Shown: positions 24,201 through 35,710 of the stretch, one piece after another | Layout: each line of letters starts with the position of its first letter | Position numbering within the stretch: the first letter of the stretch is position 1 | Assembly (NCBI GenBank): GCA_002633005.1 | Contig: NMRA01000353.1 | Coordinates: forward strand, 71,625 to 135,624 | Direction of reading: 5' to 3' | Source of the DNA: Phoronis australis | Taxonomy: Eukaryota > Animalia > Phoronida | DNA length: 64,000 bases | Translations under genes and position numbers: made by a program | The notes under the pieces: generated by a model | What the model was told of the DNA's origin: nothing | Database searches by the model: none | Seen by the model: the letters and a program-made list of their open reading frames with translations, nothing else

Positions 24201-26322
24201 AAGTAGAATTTGCTGCCTCTTGAAGGGTATCTGGTGAGTTACAGAACCATTCCGCTTGTATGATTTCATAACATTAACAAAAAGTTTTCAATGTTTTTAC
24301 AGAGGCAAGACTCCCTGCTTGTTACTATTGAGACAGAAATAACTTGGCTTCAAGTTGTAATGTGACCTTTTCAGGTACACTTGATGATGACAGTGATGAT
24401 GACTTGCCTGATCTTCCAACTGCTGAACAGTTCATTGGTGACTCTGCAGTTGATAACTGTAAAGGTGAGTTCAGCTGTTGATCATATCATGTTCTGTCAC
24501 GAATTTAAAAATAAAAAGTACCGAAACCAAATAGGCACCTCCGCCATGTCTGTCAACTTGATGGCAAAGGAGACCTAAGATTTGTTTCCGATTTGGGTAC
24601 TAGGTGCTATGTGGACACACAATTTTTAAGAACCGGTACAAATCTGCTTTTTGGCATTTCAGACAATTTTTCCTCATCAACTTGAAACAAATGACTTATG
24701 GCGTGTCTTAGCAATAGCAATGCTTTTTGATGCCTTGTAGTTTCTTTAGAAACAAAGCTCAACCTGCTTACTGTTTTCAGGTGAGACTGGTCTGGCTAGC
24801 AACATGAAATGTGGTGCATGTCAGGGACGTGGTCACTCACGGGTCTGGAAACAGTGTCCACAGTACTGGTCATCAGCTGAAGTGGAGCGCAGGGAGGTAA
24901 ATGAATTTTATCAACTGACAAACAATTTCATATTCTCCTGCCAGGGCACGACTGCTGTTTTCCATTTCTCTTCTATTATATTGGAGTATATTTGGTGTGT
25001 GTATATGCTCAGATTTGTGCAGTTTTAAAGAATGAAAAAGTCCAGGGCCCTGAATCTAATCTTTATACTTAAAACAAACTTGAAATTATGTTTGGCATAA
25101 TTTCTCTGCTCCTTTTGTGTGACCTCAAACTAAGTAGTTATCAGACTGTGCTTGAATATATTAGTTTATGCGTATGAGTTTCTAGTACAGGTTTGTACTT
25201 GAAGACCCATATATTCGTGCTACAAGCTCGAGTAAAAACTCAAAATTTCGAGTTCAAACTTCAAAATTTTAGCCTTAATGTTGGATTTATCAACTGCAAA
25301 TTAGGACTAATAAATTACCCACGTAAGTCATTATGTACTCGAGCATAGAATAATAGACATTTGTCTTGAGTTCGCACTAAAGTAGAGTAGAAAATGCCAA
25401 ACATAATTTTAAGTTCCATTTTGAGTAAAAACATTAGAGACCGGGCCCAGAGCAACACACTAAAACCTATACCAGTTGTATCATGTAAAAATCACCAAGA
25501 CCAAACAAGATTAGGTCAAGTTCATTGCTGTTAATCCAGCTGCTCCAGCTATCAAGTGAATTGACTGTTCATAACCTTAACATGTTCATAACCTCAACCT
25601 GTTCATAATCTCAACATGTTCATAACCTCAACATGTTCATAACCTCCTCAACATGTTCATAACCTTAACATGCAGAGTTAAGAAAGGGAGAATAGTCACT
25701 TACAGGAGTCCCCACATTTAGAGAACCAGTTTTCTGAATAATTGATTATCTGGCATCAAACTGGTTCTTAAAATCTGGCACCCTGTGACTATTGGCAAGA
25801 AAAGTATTTTGTAATTATTTCGATACCAAAACAGAGGTTTGAGGCATCCGGTCTGTGCGTATTACTTGTTGTAGAATAATATTCATTTATTTCACTTATT
25901 TTTGTTGCTTTTAGACTCAAAATCTGAAGAGAAAACAAGCAGCAGAGAAGAAAGTTCAAGAAAAAGAAGCAGCATTAAATGAACTTGTAAGTTAATGTTT
26001 ATTTGTAACAAAAGTGTTCATGAGCAACATGTTTCGCCGTCACTTTTTTGTCCATCAATGTTTTCAGTATTACACAGTGGATTTTGTTCAACTAAAAACC
26101 TCTACTTGATTTTCACATTCCTCTTTCGATCAATAACGTTCATTTATTTTACAGCGTAACAAAGAACAGCAGCTGGAACTGGTCAGTCGCAACGTCCAGC
26201 AGCAGATTGCTGATGTTAAGCGCGGACTGCATGGTTTGATGAACATTGTGGGGGGATGGCCTAAGGAGCCGAAGGGTGGACGAGGGAGGGGTCGGGGAAG
26301 AGGCCAGCGTGGCAGACAATAA
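2893..26322 (+). CDS. MUS81-like ERCC4 endonuclease with Ubl, B-box, winged helix, second EME1-like ERCC4 module, UIM/MIU array, zinc knuckle and RG tail (~1328 aa, 5' partial)
   Basis: Phase-compatible exons: 2893-2981, 3248-3451, 4018-4250, 4615-4790, 5202-5346, 7048-7091, 8369-8510, 10085-10169, 10747-10875, 11340-11535, 12146-12238, 16638-16727, 17036-17156, 18164-18296, 19037-19142, 19765-19828, 20082-20164, 20791-20898, 21417-21506 (GC donor), 21686-22601, 22888-23004, 23242-23418 (donor uncertain; 23373 or 23382 also fit phase), 24375-24464, 24781-24896, 25915-25986, 26155-26322 (TAA). Total 3987 nt, no internal stop. Confidence 0.85.
5202..5346 (+). CDS. B-box zinc finger exon
   Basis: CDDCGEDYQTVAAFYCPDCEGGLALCAICCDTIHRGAARRNH; canonical AG/GT borders. 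Confidence 0.85.
6001..6247. repeat. 45-bp minisatellite x~5.5 containing the palindrome GTGTCATGACAC
   Basis: Near-identical units; explains four overlapping repetitive ORFs. Confidence 0.95.
6583..6689. repeat. 37-bp tandem repeat x3
   Basis: GGACATCGTGTACTCAATATGCATGGT units at 6583, 6620, 6657. Confidence 0.85.
7048..10875 (+). CDS. MUS81-type winged-helix domain (4 exons)
   Basis: KQYAPEPYKAPFALLVALY...EVKERAQKLTD...GFDCMDRSLISKGLVQKEDAANPTYALTESGAALAKRL matches the MUS81 WH pattern (YxPxxxSGxxALLxAL...LIxKxLV...PxRYxLTxxGxxLAxxL). Confidence 0.8.
8502..8826. repeat. 45-bp minisatellite starting at an exon 3' end
   Basis: CAATATGGTAATAGGCAACGGGTGCTATGGTAACAGAGGTGTGGA x~7. Confidence 0.9.
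11340..17156 (+). CDS. ERCC4 nuclease domain with intact catalytic motifs (4 exons)
   Basis: VVLIIDERE...RELPSGDYIW...VLPYIVERKTWDDLANSLRGRRFENQLERMKRC..LFYVVEGD...LQLKENVFVNHTSSWKKTAQFL; GDxnERKxxxD signature of the XPF/MUS81 family. Confidence 0.9.
12829..14407 (+). mobile_element. Non-autonomous Helentron (HINE/DINE-1-like), composite copy
   Basis: 5' TTTTTATGCGCCCACAT with adjacent inverted repeat, a second nested 5' end near 13608, ~150-bp internal repeats, 3' GGGCGCATTT + hairpin + CTTGT. Confidence 0.7.
15062..16581 (+). mobile_element. Non-autonomous Helentron (HINE/DINE-1-like), best-preserved copy
   Basis: Subterminal inverted repeats ATGCGCCCAC/GTGGGCGCAT, (CCGT)n microsatellite, 450-bp tandem unit (15244 vs 15694) built of three ~150-bp subunits, 3' stem-loop CAACGCTCCGCGTTG, T-rich flanks. 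Confidence 0.78.
18164..20898 (+). CDS. Second, degenerate EME1-like ERCC4 module (5 exons)
   Basis: VNIWTADLFIDLL...SFCCHLNNVLSTHARPTLLVIQDLLQYNKMRSK...WQLYIQVIHHVSVIRTEDDETT follows the order of the ERCC4 fold C-terminal half with no ERK motif. Confidence 0.55.
19081..19214. repeat. 65-bp tandem duplication spanning a splice donor
   Basis: Two near-identical copies ending AACAAGGTATGT. Confidence 0.9.
19648..19693. repeat. 12-bp tandem repeat (CACATCTTCCTA) x~4
   Basis: Direct reading. Confidence 0.85.
21417..23004 (+). CDS. Ubiquitin-binding motif array (5 UIM-like, 2 MIU-like)
   Basis: MMEQALEESK, DSQQLELALEQSK, DSQKLEMALEQSE, ESQEFELALQESR, EDDDLKLALALSM; DDELLARTLQ and QDEILASKLQ. 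Confidence 0.75.
22979..23069. repeat. 47-bp tandem duplication spanning a splice donor
   Basis: ACAGAAGTCATACAACCTAAGCACAGGTATGGTGCTACCAAATT twice. Confidence 0.9.
24781..26322 (+). CDS. CCHC zinc knuckle, coiled coil and RG-rich C-terminus (3 exons)
   Basis: CGACQGRGHSRVWKQCP; ERRETQNLKRKQAAEKKVQEKEAALNELRNKEQQLE; GGRGRGRGRGQRGRQ*. Confidence 0.8.
25046..25447. mobile_element. MITE, PIF/Harbinger-like
   Basis: GGCCC...GGGCC termini, ~50-bp imperfect TIRs (AATTATGTTTGGCAT / ATGCCAAACATAATT), CAG 3-bp TSD on both sides. Confidence 0.7.
25567..25672. repeat. ~17-bp minisatellite (TGTTCATAACCTCAACA) x~6
   Basis: Direct reading. Confidence 0.85.
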
Positions 26323-28520
26323 TGGGTCCCCTAGTCACAGTTTAAGGGAAAGTGGTGCTGTAGGGAATGAAGGAGAAAGTGGGGATGTAGAGACTTTGGC
26401 TGAAAGCAGAACTCATTGGTGTAGCATTGTTGCATGACATTGCAGTTGTGTTGTGTAAAATGACAGGTCTTGTTCTTTACTTCTTGGAGGGTTCCTTTAG
26501 AGCAGAACTGAGCAATGGAGATGTATGTTGCCCCTTTCATGGTGCTATGATGTCTTGAGGCATGCTCACTACAGGACATATGGCAATTAGATTGTAGGTT
26601 TGTAAACTAGTGGTCACAAGGACATGGAAGTGTATTAAATTTTGTTCATAACCATTGAGTATTTAGCATAACCAACAGGTATCGTTAGTTTACCTATAGA
26701 TTCTAGTCTTCATGGGGTGACAAAAATACTCTGTGGTCTCACTCATTAAATCACCTGGCAACGAAGTGAAAGTCATGCAAGGTCTGGCCATAGGGTTTAA
26801 TCCAGCTGATGCAATTGAGAATTATGAAGTTTGACCTGTGTATTTGGGCCCAACCACACCATCAGATGAGTGAATCCACTGTGTGAATTTTTCTTCATCG
26901 CAAGTTGGGGGTTAATAACCAGACTCAGATTGTTATGTACCCCAAGAGAAAATTGACCTTGCCAGTGTGACACTGTGTGCCATGCATGTACGAGTCCATA
27001 AATCTACATGACAGAAATTTTGGTGCTTTTTGGTTGTTTGTTTTTCAAAGATTTTAACTTTTGTATTACTTAAAGATAAACCCATGAATATTTTACTGTT
27101 AGTGAACATTTTAAAATTTATATGTTGAGCTTAAACGATCAGCGGCTAGGTACTTATAATTTTAACGTTCACCAAAGATCAACTCTTTTTCGTCCCAATT
27201 CTTCAAACTGTTCACTCCATTCTTATTGTCATGTTCACAATATTCCTTATAAACATGTCACATAGTTACTAAGATGTTTTATGTCTAGATATAAATAGCT
27301 TTAAACTTTTTAAAAAGTAGAAGTAAGTGTGCGTGTTGCATCAAGGAGATTGCATGTTTTTTATTTCAGAGTTTATTATAAAAAAGTTATTTTACAAGCT
27401 TGTTTGTTATCAACAGTTATTGTGTGAGCTGACAAAACTACGTTTTATATGACCAAATATAGGTTCATCTTCAATATCTGGAGTACATACACACAGATCA
27501 TACAGATGCTGCCAGTGTCAAGTTTTGTTTGTAGCACTCTGCAGTTGTGCATTGTTTGTGTTAGGGAACAAGTCACATATTACGTCTTCACCCCGTCGTC
27601 TCCTATCATCATGATATAAACCCTAGCCCTATCCAGCCTCTAATTATGTCATAACTGATGAAGAGGTCTGTCATTTTTCAGTGTACATGCTTGCAAGATA
27701 AGCCTAGTGAAATGGTTGTTTTGTAATTAGTCAATTCTGCTATAAGGTGAACCTGTTTCTCAATGACATGTACTGTGATGGACGCAGTCTAATAAGCCAC
27801 GTGATAATATCACCGTGAGTCAAACTTCCCTTCCTCCAGTCACAAATCAAGATCTTTTTCATATTCCCTCCCCACTCAAGTGATGGTGTAATATTTGAAC
27901 GCTCCCTAACGTAATATCATCAATGCTCCCTTACATAATGTCATCAATGCTCCAGTCATTCATCTATTAGCAAGGATTTGTTATAAAACTTGGCACTTCA
28001 TAACAATAAACACACAAGGTATCCAAGCAAGTATATTTTACAATGTTTTAAAGCCTTTGGCTTATTCTTTACAATGTGTTAAAGCCTAACTTCAACGGAA
28101 CTTTGTTATTTTAGGTGTATTGGGCTAACCAGATAGTCCAAGCAAAGTAAGAAAATGCGAGTTCAATCACACAAATGTAAGCCTGTCAAATGGTTGGTGA
28201 AGCTGCCTTTTTGTGCCATGTTGTGTCACCGCGAGATCCCAGCACAAACAACAAATGGTGGTATTGAATGCGGGACTGAATAGAACATCACTGGGTGGGG
28301 GTCGTATTAGCAGCTGTTTGAACAAAAGGTGATTCTCACGGTGACGTAGACAAAGGCAAGCCAATACCTCTAACAGTTCTTTACATTTGGCAATTTATGG
28401 CACTAGTTTGCTCATAGCCATGCTTTTAACATACTGCAAGAACCAACTTTACAGGTGTTACCGTTGAAGATAGGCTTTAAGATAACCCTGGAGACATCTC
28501 TTTATCGCTGTCTGGACCAG

Positions 28521-31500
28521 TCATAGTGTCAAAGCGTACAACTCATCCAGATTTGCCCTATTCTCAGCATTCACCTGAAACATAACACGCCAAGTACATT
28601 GTATGAGGTTAGCTATCACAACACTGGATGGTCACATCATGTTACTGGACTACACCAAGGACCCTGCACTTTGTGAGTCTACACAATGCATATTTGCCAA
28701 CATGACAGTCACTTTGGTATCAAACTTCCCATGAACAGCAGCCAATGCCTTGCAATTACAACAAAAGCACTGAAACCAATGGGCAATTTCCTCCAGTACA
28801 ACCAAATAGGCAGAAAACAAGTGTATGATCTTGGCTTATTTTCAAACCTAGAACTGCACTTCATCAATAGTAGTTGCTTACATGTCAAATCATGAAGTTC
28901 ACTAAACGAGACTATCTAATTGGACCTACGTAGTTCTTGAGGATATGCATTAAACAAGAACAGATGCGCAAGTTGCTTCCATTTAAAGTTAAATCCCTTG
29001 AAACGTTAGCAGTATCTCGTACCAGGAAATGACAACCGATATGTTGCATTTTAATGCGTTTTCAAATGGGATAAAAGGAATTGTTCAAGTCATCAGCAAG
29101 TTGCTTATTAATGATGTGATTGGAACAACTTGTTTTATCCAAATTGGCACTGATGTGTGTAAATGAGTGGACATTTGTGTCTGTAGAGTTGCAATACATG
29201 TTCGGTGGCCGCTGGTGTGGAGTAGTGCTGTTATCAGAAATCACTTGAATAAACAGTGACATAATCAGCTAGCAAAAATGTTTTTTTAGACCAGCATCCA
29301 GCCTCTATTAGCATTTAGTTTCTGAAGAACAAGTCTGAAATCTGTTTCTTTCTCAATCAATGAAGAATGTGAATCGCTCATGACATCATGGACCTGTGTT
29401 TAGGGCGAATCCACTAAAAATACAGGATTAAAGTACATGTAACATGAGAATATCGAAGAATTAAGTGGAGTTTCTGAAATCTGTGTTAGTTCATCGCCGG
29501 GCCTAAAGATAGTGTTTTACAGGGCTCAAGACAGTTGATAAAGATGTGTCGATTGAAAGAATGTGGGCCAGGGTTGACTGTAATCTAAAAACTGACAAAC
29601 AAACAATTTCACTCCCATATTGAAAATTTTTTCCAGCAATCAAATGTGCTACTTTCACAACTCGTACATTTTTTACCCTCCTCAATTTTTAGGCCAGTCC
29701 TTCCCATATGTTTATTCCTGTTTTTAGCCAGCCACCCTTTCCATCCAAAGTCCGTCATTTCCATTGAATTGCACGACCAAGCACGATTGTCAAGGATCAC
29801 ATAAAATTCAACGAATTCTATGAAAATACACACACATGCAGAAAAATGGAACTTCAATGTTATGGAACAAAAAAGATTTACATCATGTGTTACCATACCT
29901 CAAAACATCTGGACATGAAATCCTCAAACTCGGAGGAATATGCTGGAGGTATAGATCTGTTCTGTACCTGCAAACAGGAATTAAGAAACATCGAAAATAT
30001 TTAGTTCCACAAGGCAGTCATTGCTTCTTTTAAAAATGTATATAAACACGCAAGTTAATCAAAGAAACATTAGATTTAGATTACTTACAGCTACAAAATT
30101 GACTTCAAATTGTTCCCTGTTTGTCACTGATTGAGTAGGCATCAATTCTGCCACACTAGATATCCTGAGCATACCAGACTGCATTGATTGACCTCATTAC
30201 CAGAACAATTGATAGCAACCTGAACACTGAGGTATAGATATTATTGGATGTTGGTCTAAGCCCATTTTCATTTTGGCAGATCCCTGGTGCACCGCGACAC
30301 TTGGAACTTGATTGAGTAGGGCTGGGTAGTGACAACTACCGAGGAATCCTCTCTGTCTCAAATTCGTCAATGTGATCATTAACTTAACATATTGTAAATT
30401 GCATTTAGTTTTCACAACAAACATTCAAGTTGGCTTCTAATTAATACTTTTTGAAGTTTAAAACTTAACAAATGTTTATAAATAACACAGTAAGCAGGGC
30501 TTCCCTCCAGTGATCACTGAATTGACCATGAGACAGCACAGGCAGTCAGTCTCACAGTGTGGTTTCTTGAGTTAGGGTTAGTCTCCATTTGAATGAATGT
30601 GGATATGGAATTCGCCGTCCAAGATGGGTCTCTTTAAAAAGTTGTTTGCATGTCCTTCCAACAGTTGCGACACCTGATTTGTCAATCATAACCATGTCAC
30701 CTTCACGGAATTTCTGCGTTGTTCGGTTGTTGATAGTTGCGTTTTGCAGACGATAAAATGTAATGCGTATGGATTTCTACTTTGCACTACTTTGTGATTC
30801 GTCCATGTACATGTAGTATCAAAAAACTCAGTGTTATTAACCAGTTGTGTTGTAACACATTCCACGTACTATGCTTTATACACTGTTCTACAAAATACTT
30901 TTAGGAATTGTTTTCAAAATTTTCCACTTTTGCATGAGGGCTATCGAAAATAGGGCGATGTGATGAAAAAAGTTACATGAAATGAAAACGAAACGATAAT
31001 TTAGAAAACTGTAACAGATTTTTGAAATCTTATCTTGAACACACATTTCATGGACTTTGCTCATGTTATTGTTTCCATTGCTTGATCACGTGATTAGATA
31101 CATGGGAGATTGGTGTCAAGTCAAAAATCAAGTACTACGAAAATTTCTGCTTTCAGAAAATATATACTTCTGCCATTCCAAGTTAAATTTTATCGTTTTC
31201 TGGATATTTAGCTAAATACGCAAACCTGTCAATCAATAACGTCCTACATGACCTTAAATTGTAGCAAGAATTCAGTTCTTCCTAAACCTAGAAACTCATG
31301 AACAATTTGAGATCAATTCTATAACGATAAGTGATCTAAATCAAAATTTAACCTGTGTATCTCAAGTCGGGTTTGTAGCCCTTCAAAAGAAAACTTGCAC
31401 TTATTATTGTTGCAACATGAAAATGTGAGAAATAACAACTATCCAGCACAAAATGAACAAGAAATAACTATCCAGCACAAAACGCCAACTATTGTTTCAC

Positions 31501-34500
31501 TTGCAGCTAGATGAATATGACCTTTAAGTAAACTGAATTCTTCAGCATGCATTTGTCTCTAAAAGTGTATCAGCCATTTGCAAGATTCTTGGAAAATGCA
31601 TGTCACCGAGCCACAGTGTGCGATACATTTACAGAAATACACGGTAGAGATGGAGAGTTGTGACAAATGACACAGCTACATACCATTTCCCTGGTGTATT
31701 CAGGTGGGCAGTGTCTCAGATCATGGTGTACTCTGTGCTTGTTCACCAGTTCATAAGCAATACAACCCAGTCCCCACATGTCAGACATCAAACATGGGCC
31801 ATCGCTGAAAAGCTACAAATGAACAGAAAAATAAAATCCACCATATAAAAAAAATTGCAGGCAGTCTGGTACATGCTGCACAGACCACTCAGGTAGGCTC
31901 ATTGAACTGATCACCTGGAACCATTTTTATGTTTTATCAGTAAGCTTAGCTAGAGACTTGACTCAAGGGTGGAACTCGAACCCACAATCTTAAGTAAAGG
32001 AATCGGACACTTGTCCATTAGGCCACACTGACTCCTCTGTAAAATTCAATCAACGCACTTTAAAATTACTTCAAGTTCTCCCACACGAAGGAGAAGCAGC
32101 CACGTGCACCTAACTAGGGTGAATATTTTGCTTTTTCTTTTGCCACGAAAACTACTTTTAGATATTCAGCTCACTATTAACATGTGAATTTTCAATAAAA
32201 TCAAAGACAAAAGAAATGGGATTTACAGCTTACATGAGAAGCAAATAATGACTAAGAAACAATCTCCCAAACTAATCCACAATTAATTCAGGTAAAGAGA
32301 GAAAATCTACCTCTGGAGGTATGATTACAGCTGGTATTACAGAAAAGTAAATGTCCTCTATTACTTCTGGGTCTGTTATGGCCTTTTCAACATGAACAGC
32401 TGCAGAAAAGTTACTCAGCTTCACAACGAAGTCTGGTTTGGGTGTTGAATCACCAAAGTTGATGAGAATATTGGCACCTATTAAAAACATATAACTTAGT
32501 GCCAAAAGTAAAGAAATTAGAAACCTGCTGGCTGAAACTAGTTTGACCACAAGTGTGGTTTCAATGACATCTAGTAACTTATCAGATGGTGCATTTGATT
32601 GAATGCCTTAAGTAACAGTTAAACTCCTAGTATGCAGCCCCATTTCGTAGGTCAAATTTAAACTAAAACTGCAACATTTTTCTTGGAATATCCGATTGTA
32701 ATAACTATTATTAAACTTCACTTCGTCCCTAAACCTGAGAAAATTTTGAGTGCTAACTAGTCTGATAAAAATGGAAACAAGTGTTTCACCCAATAAAAAC
32801 TGATGTCAATGTAATGGAGGCAATCTGGTTGTACAAAACTGTACTGAAAACACTGTTCTTCCTCAGTAGAACTTCTAACATATGCTGACATAAACAGTAA
32901 GAAAGCCAACAAATCATGTGAAACATGCAAAAGATAATCCGAAAAACAAAAAGAAACTGCATGAAGCTTCTGGATATTGAAATGGAACTGTTACATTACA
33001 ATGCAATGCATTCACAATAAGAATCAGGTTAGCTCTGTAACCATGAATCTGGAAAGCAATAAATGAGATACAATGGAACAAATTGGAGATTAAGAGCATC
33101 CATGTCTTACTCATGAACCTGTTTGAGTTGACTGACTGTTATGAGCTTTGGTTTAATGCACATCAAGAGTTTGGTCAAAATGTTACATACAAGTTGTAAC
33201 TTTGCTAAAATACAAGCAACATTACCATGTAACTACTAAATTGAGGATACAAAAATGTTTATGCATGCTAAGTTGACCCCGGTAATATTTACATGTCCAT
33301 AAAAGATATACAATCTTCTTGCTGTCTTGGTGAAGGTATGTCAATGCATTGATGAACTGGCGCAAACAGCATCCTATTTGAGGAGCAGTTAAATCTGAAA
33401 CATACTCTTCCAACGAGCCACCTAAAACAGTGCACAGAACAATCCTCACTAAACAATTTTACACACAAGTGTGGCATTAAAAATGCCAAAATATAAGTAA
33501 CAAGTATACCATATTAAAACATCCAATTTAAGAAACAAGTACAACATTAAAACCTAAAGAAACAAGTGTAGCCCATCCAATTTAAGAAGCAATTACACTA
33601 AAACATTACAATTTGTGAGCAATAAACTAACAGCAGTTCTTTAATGTAAAACGGTTTGTCATTATCAGCACAATTAAAATTTTCTCATAACTTACAACAT
33701 GAAAACAGACGACACAGTTGGACTTTAAGCATAAATTGGACAAACACTACTCATGATAGTAAAATAATAGACTTCCCATGGGCACCTCAAGTAAAAAATT
33801 GCTATCTTTGTTTCTCAATTGTTATCCTGGCATAATGTCCAGAAACCTTTAGAAGAGGCATGGCAGATTTCCCTATATACAGGGTTGAGGCTGAAAACAC
33901 GTCTTAGTGGAGTGTCCAGTATATGAAGAACTTAGGAGAAAGTTTGGTATTTGTCGTAATATTACTAACTTCGACGGTGATCTCTTCATTTATTTGATAA
34001 AGCCTAGCAACGTTTGAAACTTAGCTCGTTTCATCCACCAAGTTTTTATTGTGCATAACTCATTCATTAGTATGTATTTATTGTGCATAACTCATTCATT
34101 AGTATGTTTTTATTGTGCATAGCTCATTCATTAGTATGTATTTATTGTGCATAGCTCATTCATTAGTATGTTTTTATTGTGCATAGCTCATTCATTAGTA
34201 TGTATTAATTGTGCATAGCTCATTCATTAGTATGTTTTTATTGTGCATAGCTCATTCATTAGTATGTATTTATTGTGCATAGCTCATTCATTAGTATGTT
34301 TTTATTGTGCATAGCTCATTCATTAGTATGTATTTATTGTGCATAGCTCATTCATTAGTATGTATTTATTGTGCATAGCTCATTCATTAGTATGTATTTA
34401 TTGTGCATAGCTCATTCATTAGTATGTATTTATTGTGCATAGCTCATTCATTAGTATGTTTTTATTGTGCATAGCTCATTCATTAGTATGTATTAATTGT

Positions 34501-35710
34501 GCATAGCTCATTCATTAGTATGTATTTATTGTGCATAGCTCATTCATTAGTATGTATTTATTGTGCATAGCTCATTCATTAGTATGTATTAATTGTGCAT
34601 AGCTCATTCATTAGTATGTATTAATTGTGCATAGCTCATTCATTAGTATGCATTATGCTAACCACTTTGTTAATTACACGCTTGTATTTGTTAATTTTAT
34701 AATTGTATATAGGCTGGAGGCCTAAGTACTCACAGATAAATTGTTTTATAGTAATGATGTTTGGAGAAGACTAAACAAATGACACTCATGCAGATGGTGT
34801 TATATAAAGTCTACATGAAAACCTCATTGCTAATGATTTAACCTACTTCTCTTGTGACATCTGATTAGTATACTTGCCTGGTTCAAATGGCAGACAGACA
34901 TAGACATGCTAATGATTTAACCTACTTCTCTTGTGACATCTCATTAGTATACTTGCCTGCTTCAAATGGCAGACAGACATAGACATGCTTTATACATTCC
35001 ACTGTCCAAAACAACTGGATTATATTTGGACAACTAGACGAGCTTACATGGGTCAGCACATGAGTAAGCATGTTAGTGTCCTGGCTGACAATCTGCAATG
35101 AGATACGTCACAGAGAATCATATACAGTATAAGTTACTACAGTATGCAATGTGCTAACAAGATTCCATAAGACTATTGGAGCAATCTCAAAAGTGATATC
35201 AGGTCATGTGGACCAAGGGAGAGTGATGTTGCGCGAGATCCATGATCTGACATGACATGCCCGAGGGTTAATCCCCATGTACAAATAAATTCCCACACTG
35301 CCTCTGAGGGTTAACTCGCAAGATTAGTGTCCAGTAGGCTTGTTTACAACTTACAAGCAGCAATGCATTCTGCTCTTTTCCAAATCTTACTCATGCAATT
35401 CAAATTGCTTACATAAATGCAACTCCCTGGTCACACTACAGTTTGCGTAGTAATATTCACTTTTAAATGCCTACACTTGCTGTTAACACTCACCTATTGA
35501 CTGAGTTTTTCAAAGTAAAGGTCCTGGGGATTCTATAGACGAATACGGCACATATTACACTTTTACACCATTTGCACAAACCTTCTTAAGAACACGGTAA
35601 TGTGACTGATTCTGAACCAGAACCGTAGAAAAATGTCCAAAAGACCCCAAATGACAAATGAAGTCGCAGTCTAAAGCAGCTTCCAAATTTCCTGGAGATG
35701 AGTCATGAAG
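28521..35710 (-). CDS. Protein kinase fold lacking catalytic aspartates (7 exons)
   Basis: LGSFGHF/VLKK, CPNIIQL, FEAGGSL, ALTYLH...IVYLLWTCANILI, VKLSNFS, PPE, SDMWGLGCIAYEL, EDFMSRCFEVNAENR. Confidence 0.88.

Noticed and set aside
30090-30340. Candidate extra kinase exon
   Set aside because: Not kinase-like; 31684 joins 29967 in phase with expected subdomain spacing.
34045-34650. CRISPR-like regular repeats (also 55419-55593 and 48729-49059)
   Set aside because: Head-to-tail units with no unique spacers, no cas genes, eukaryotic context.
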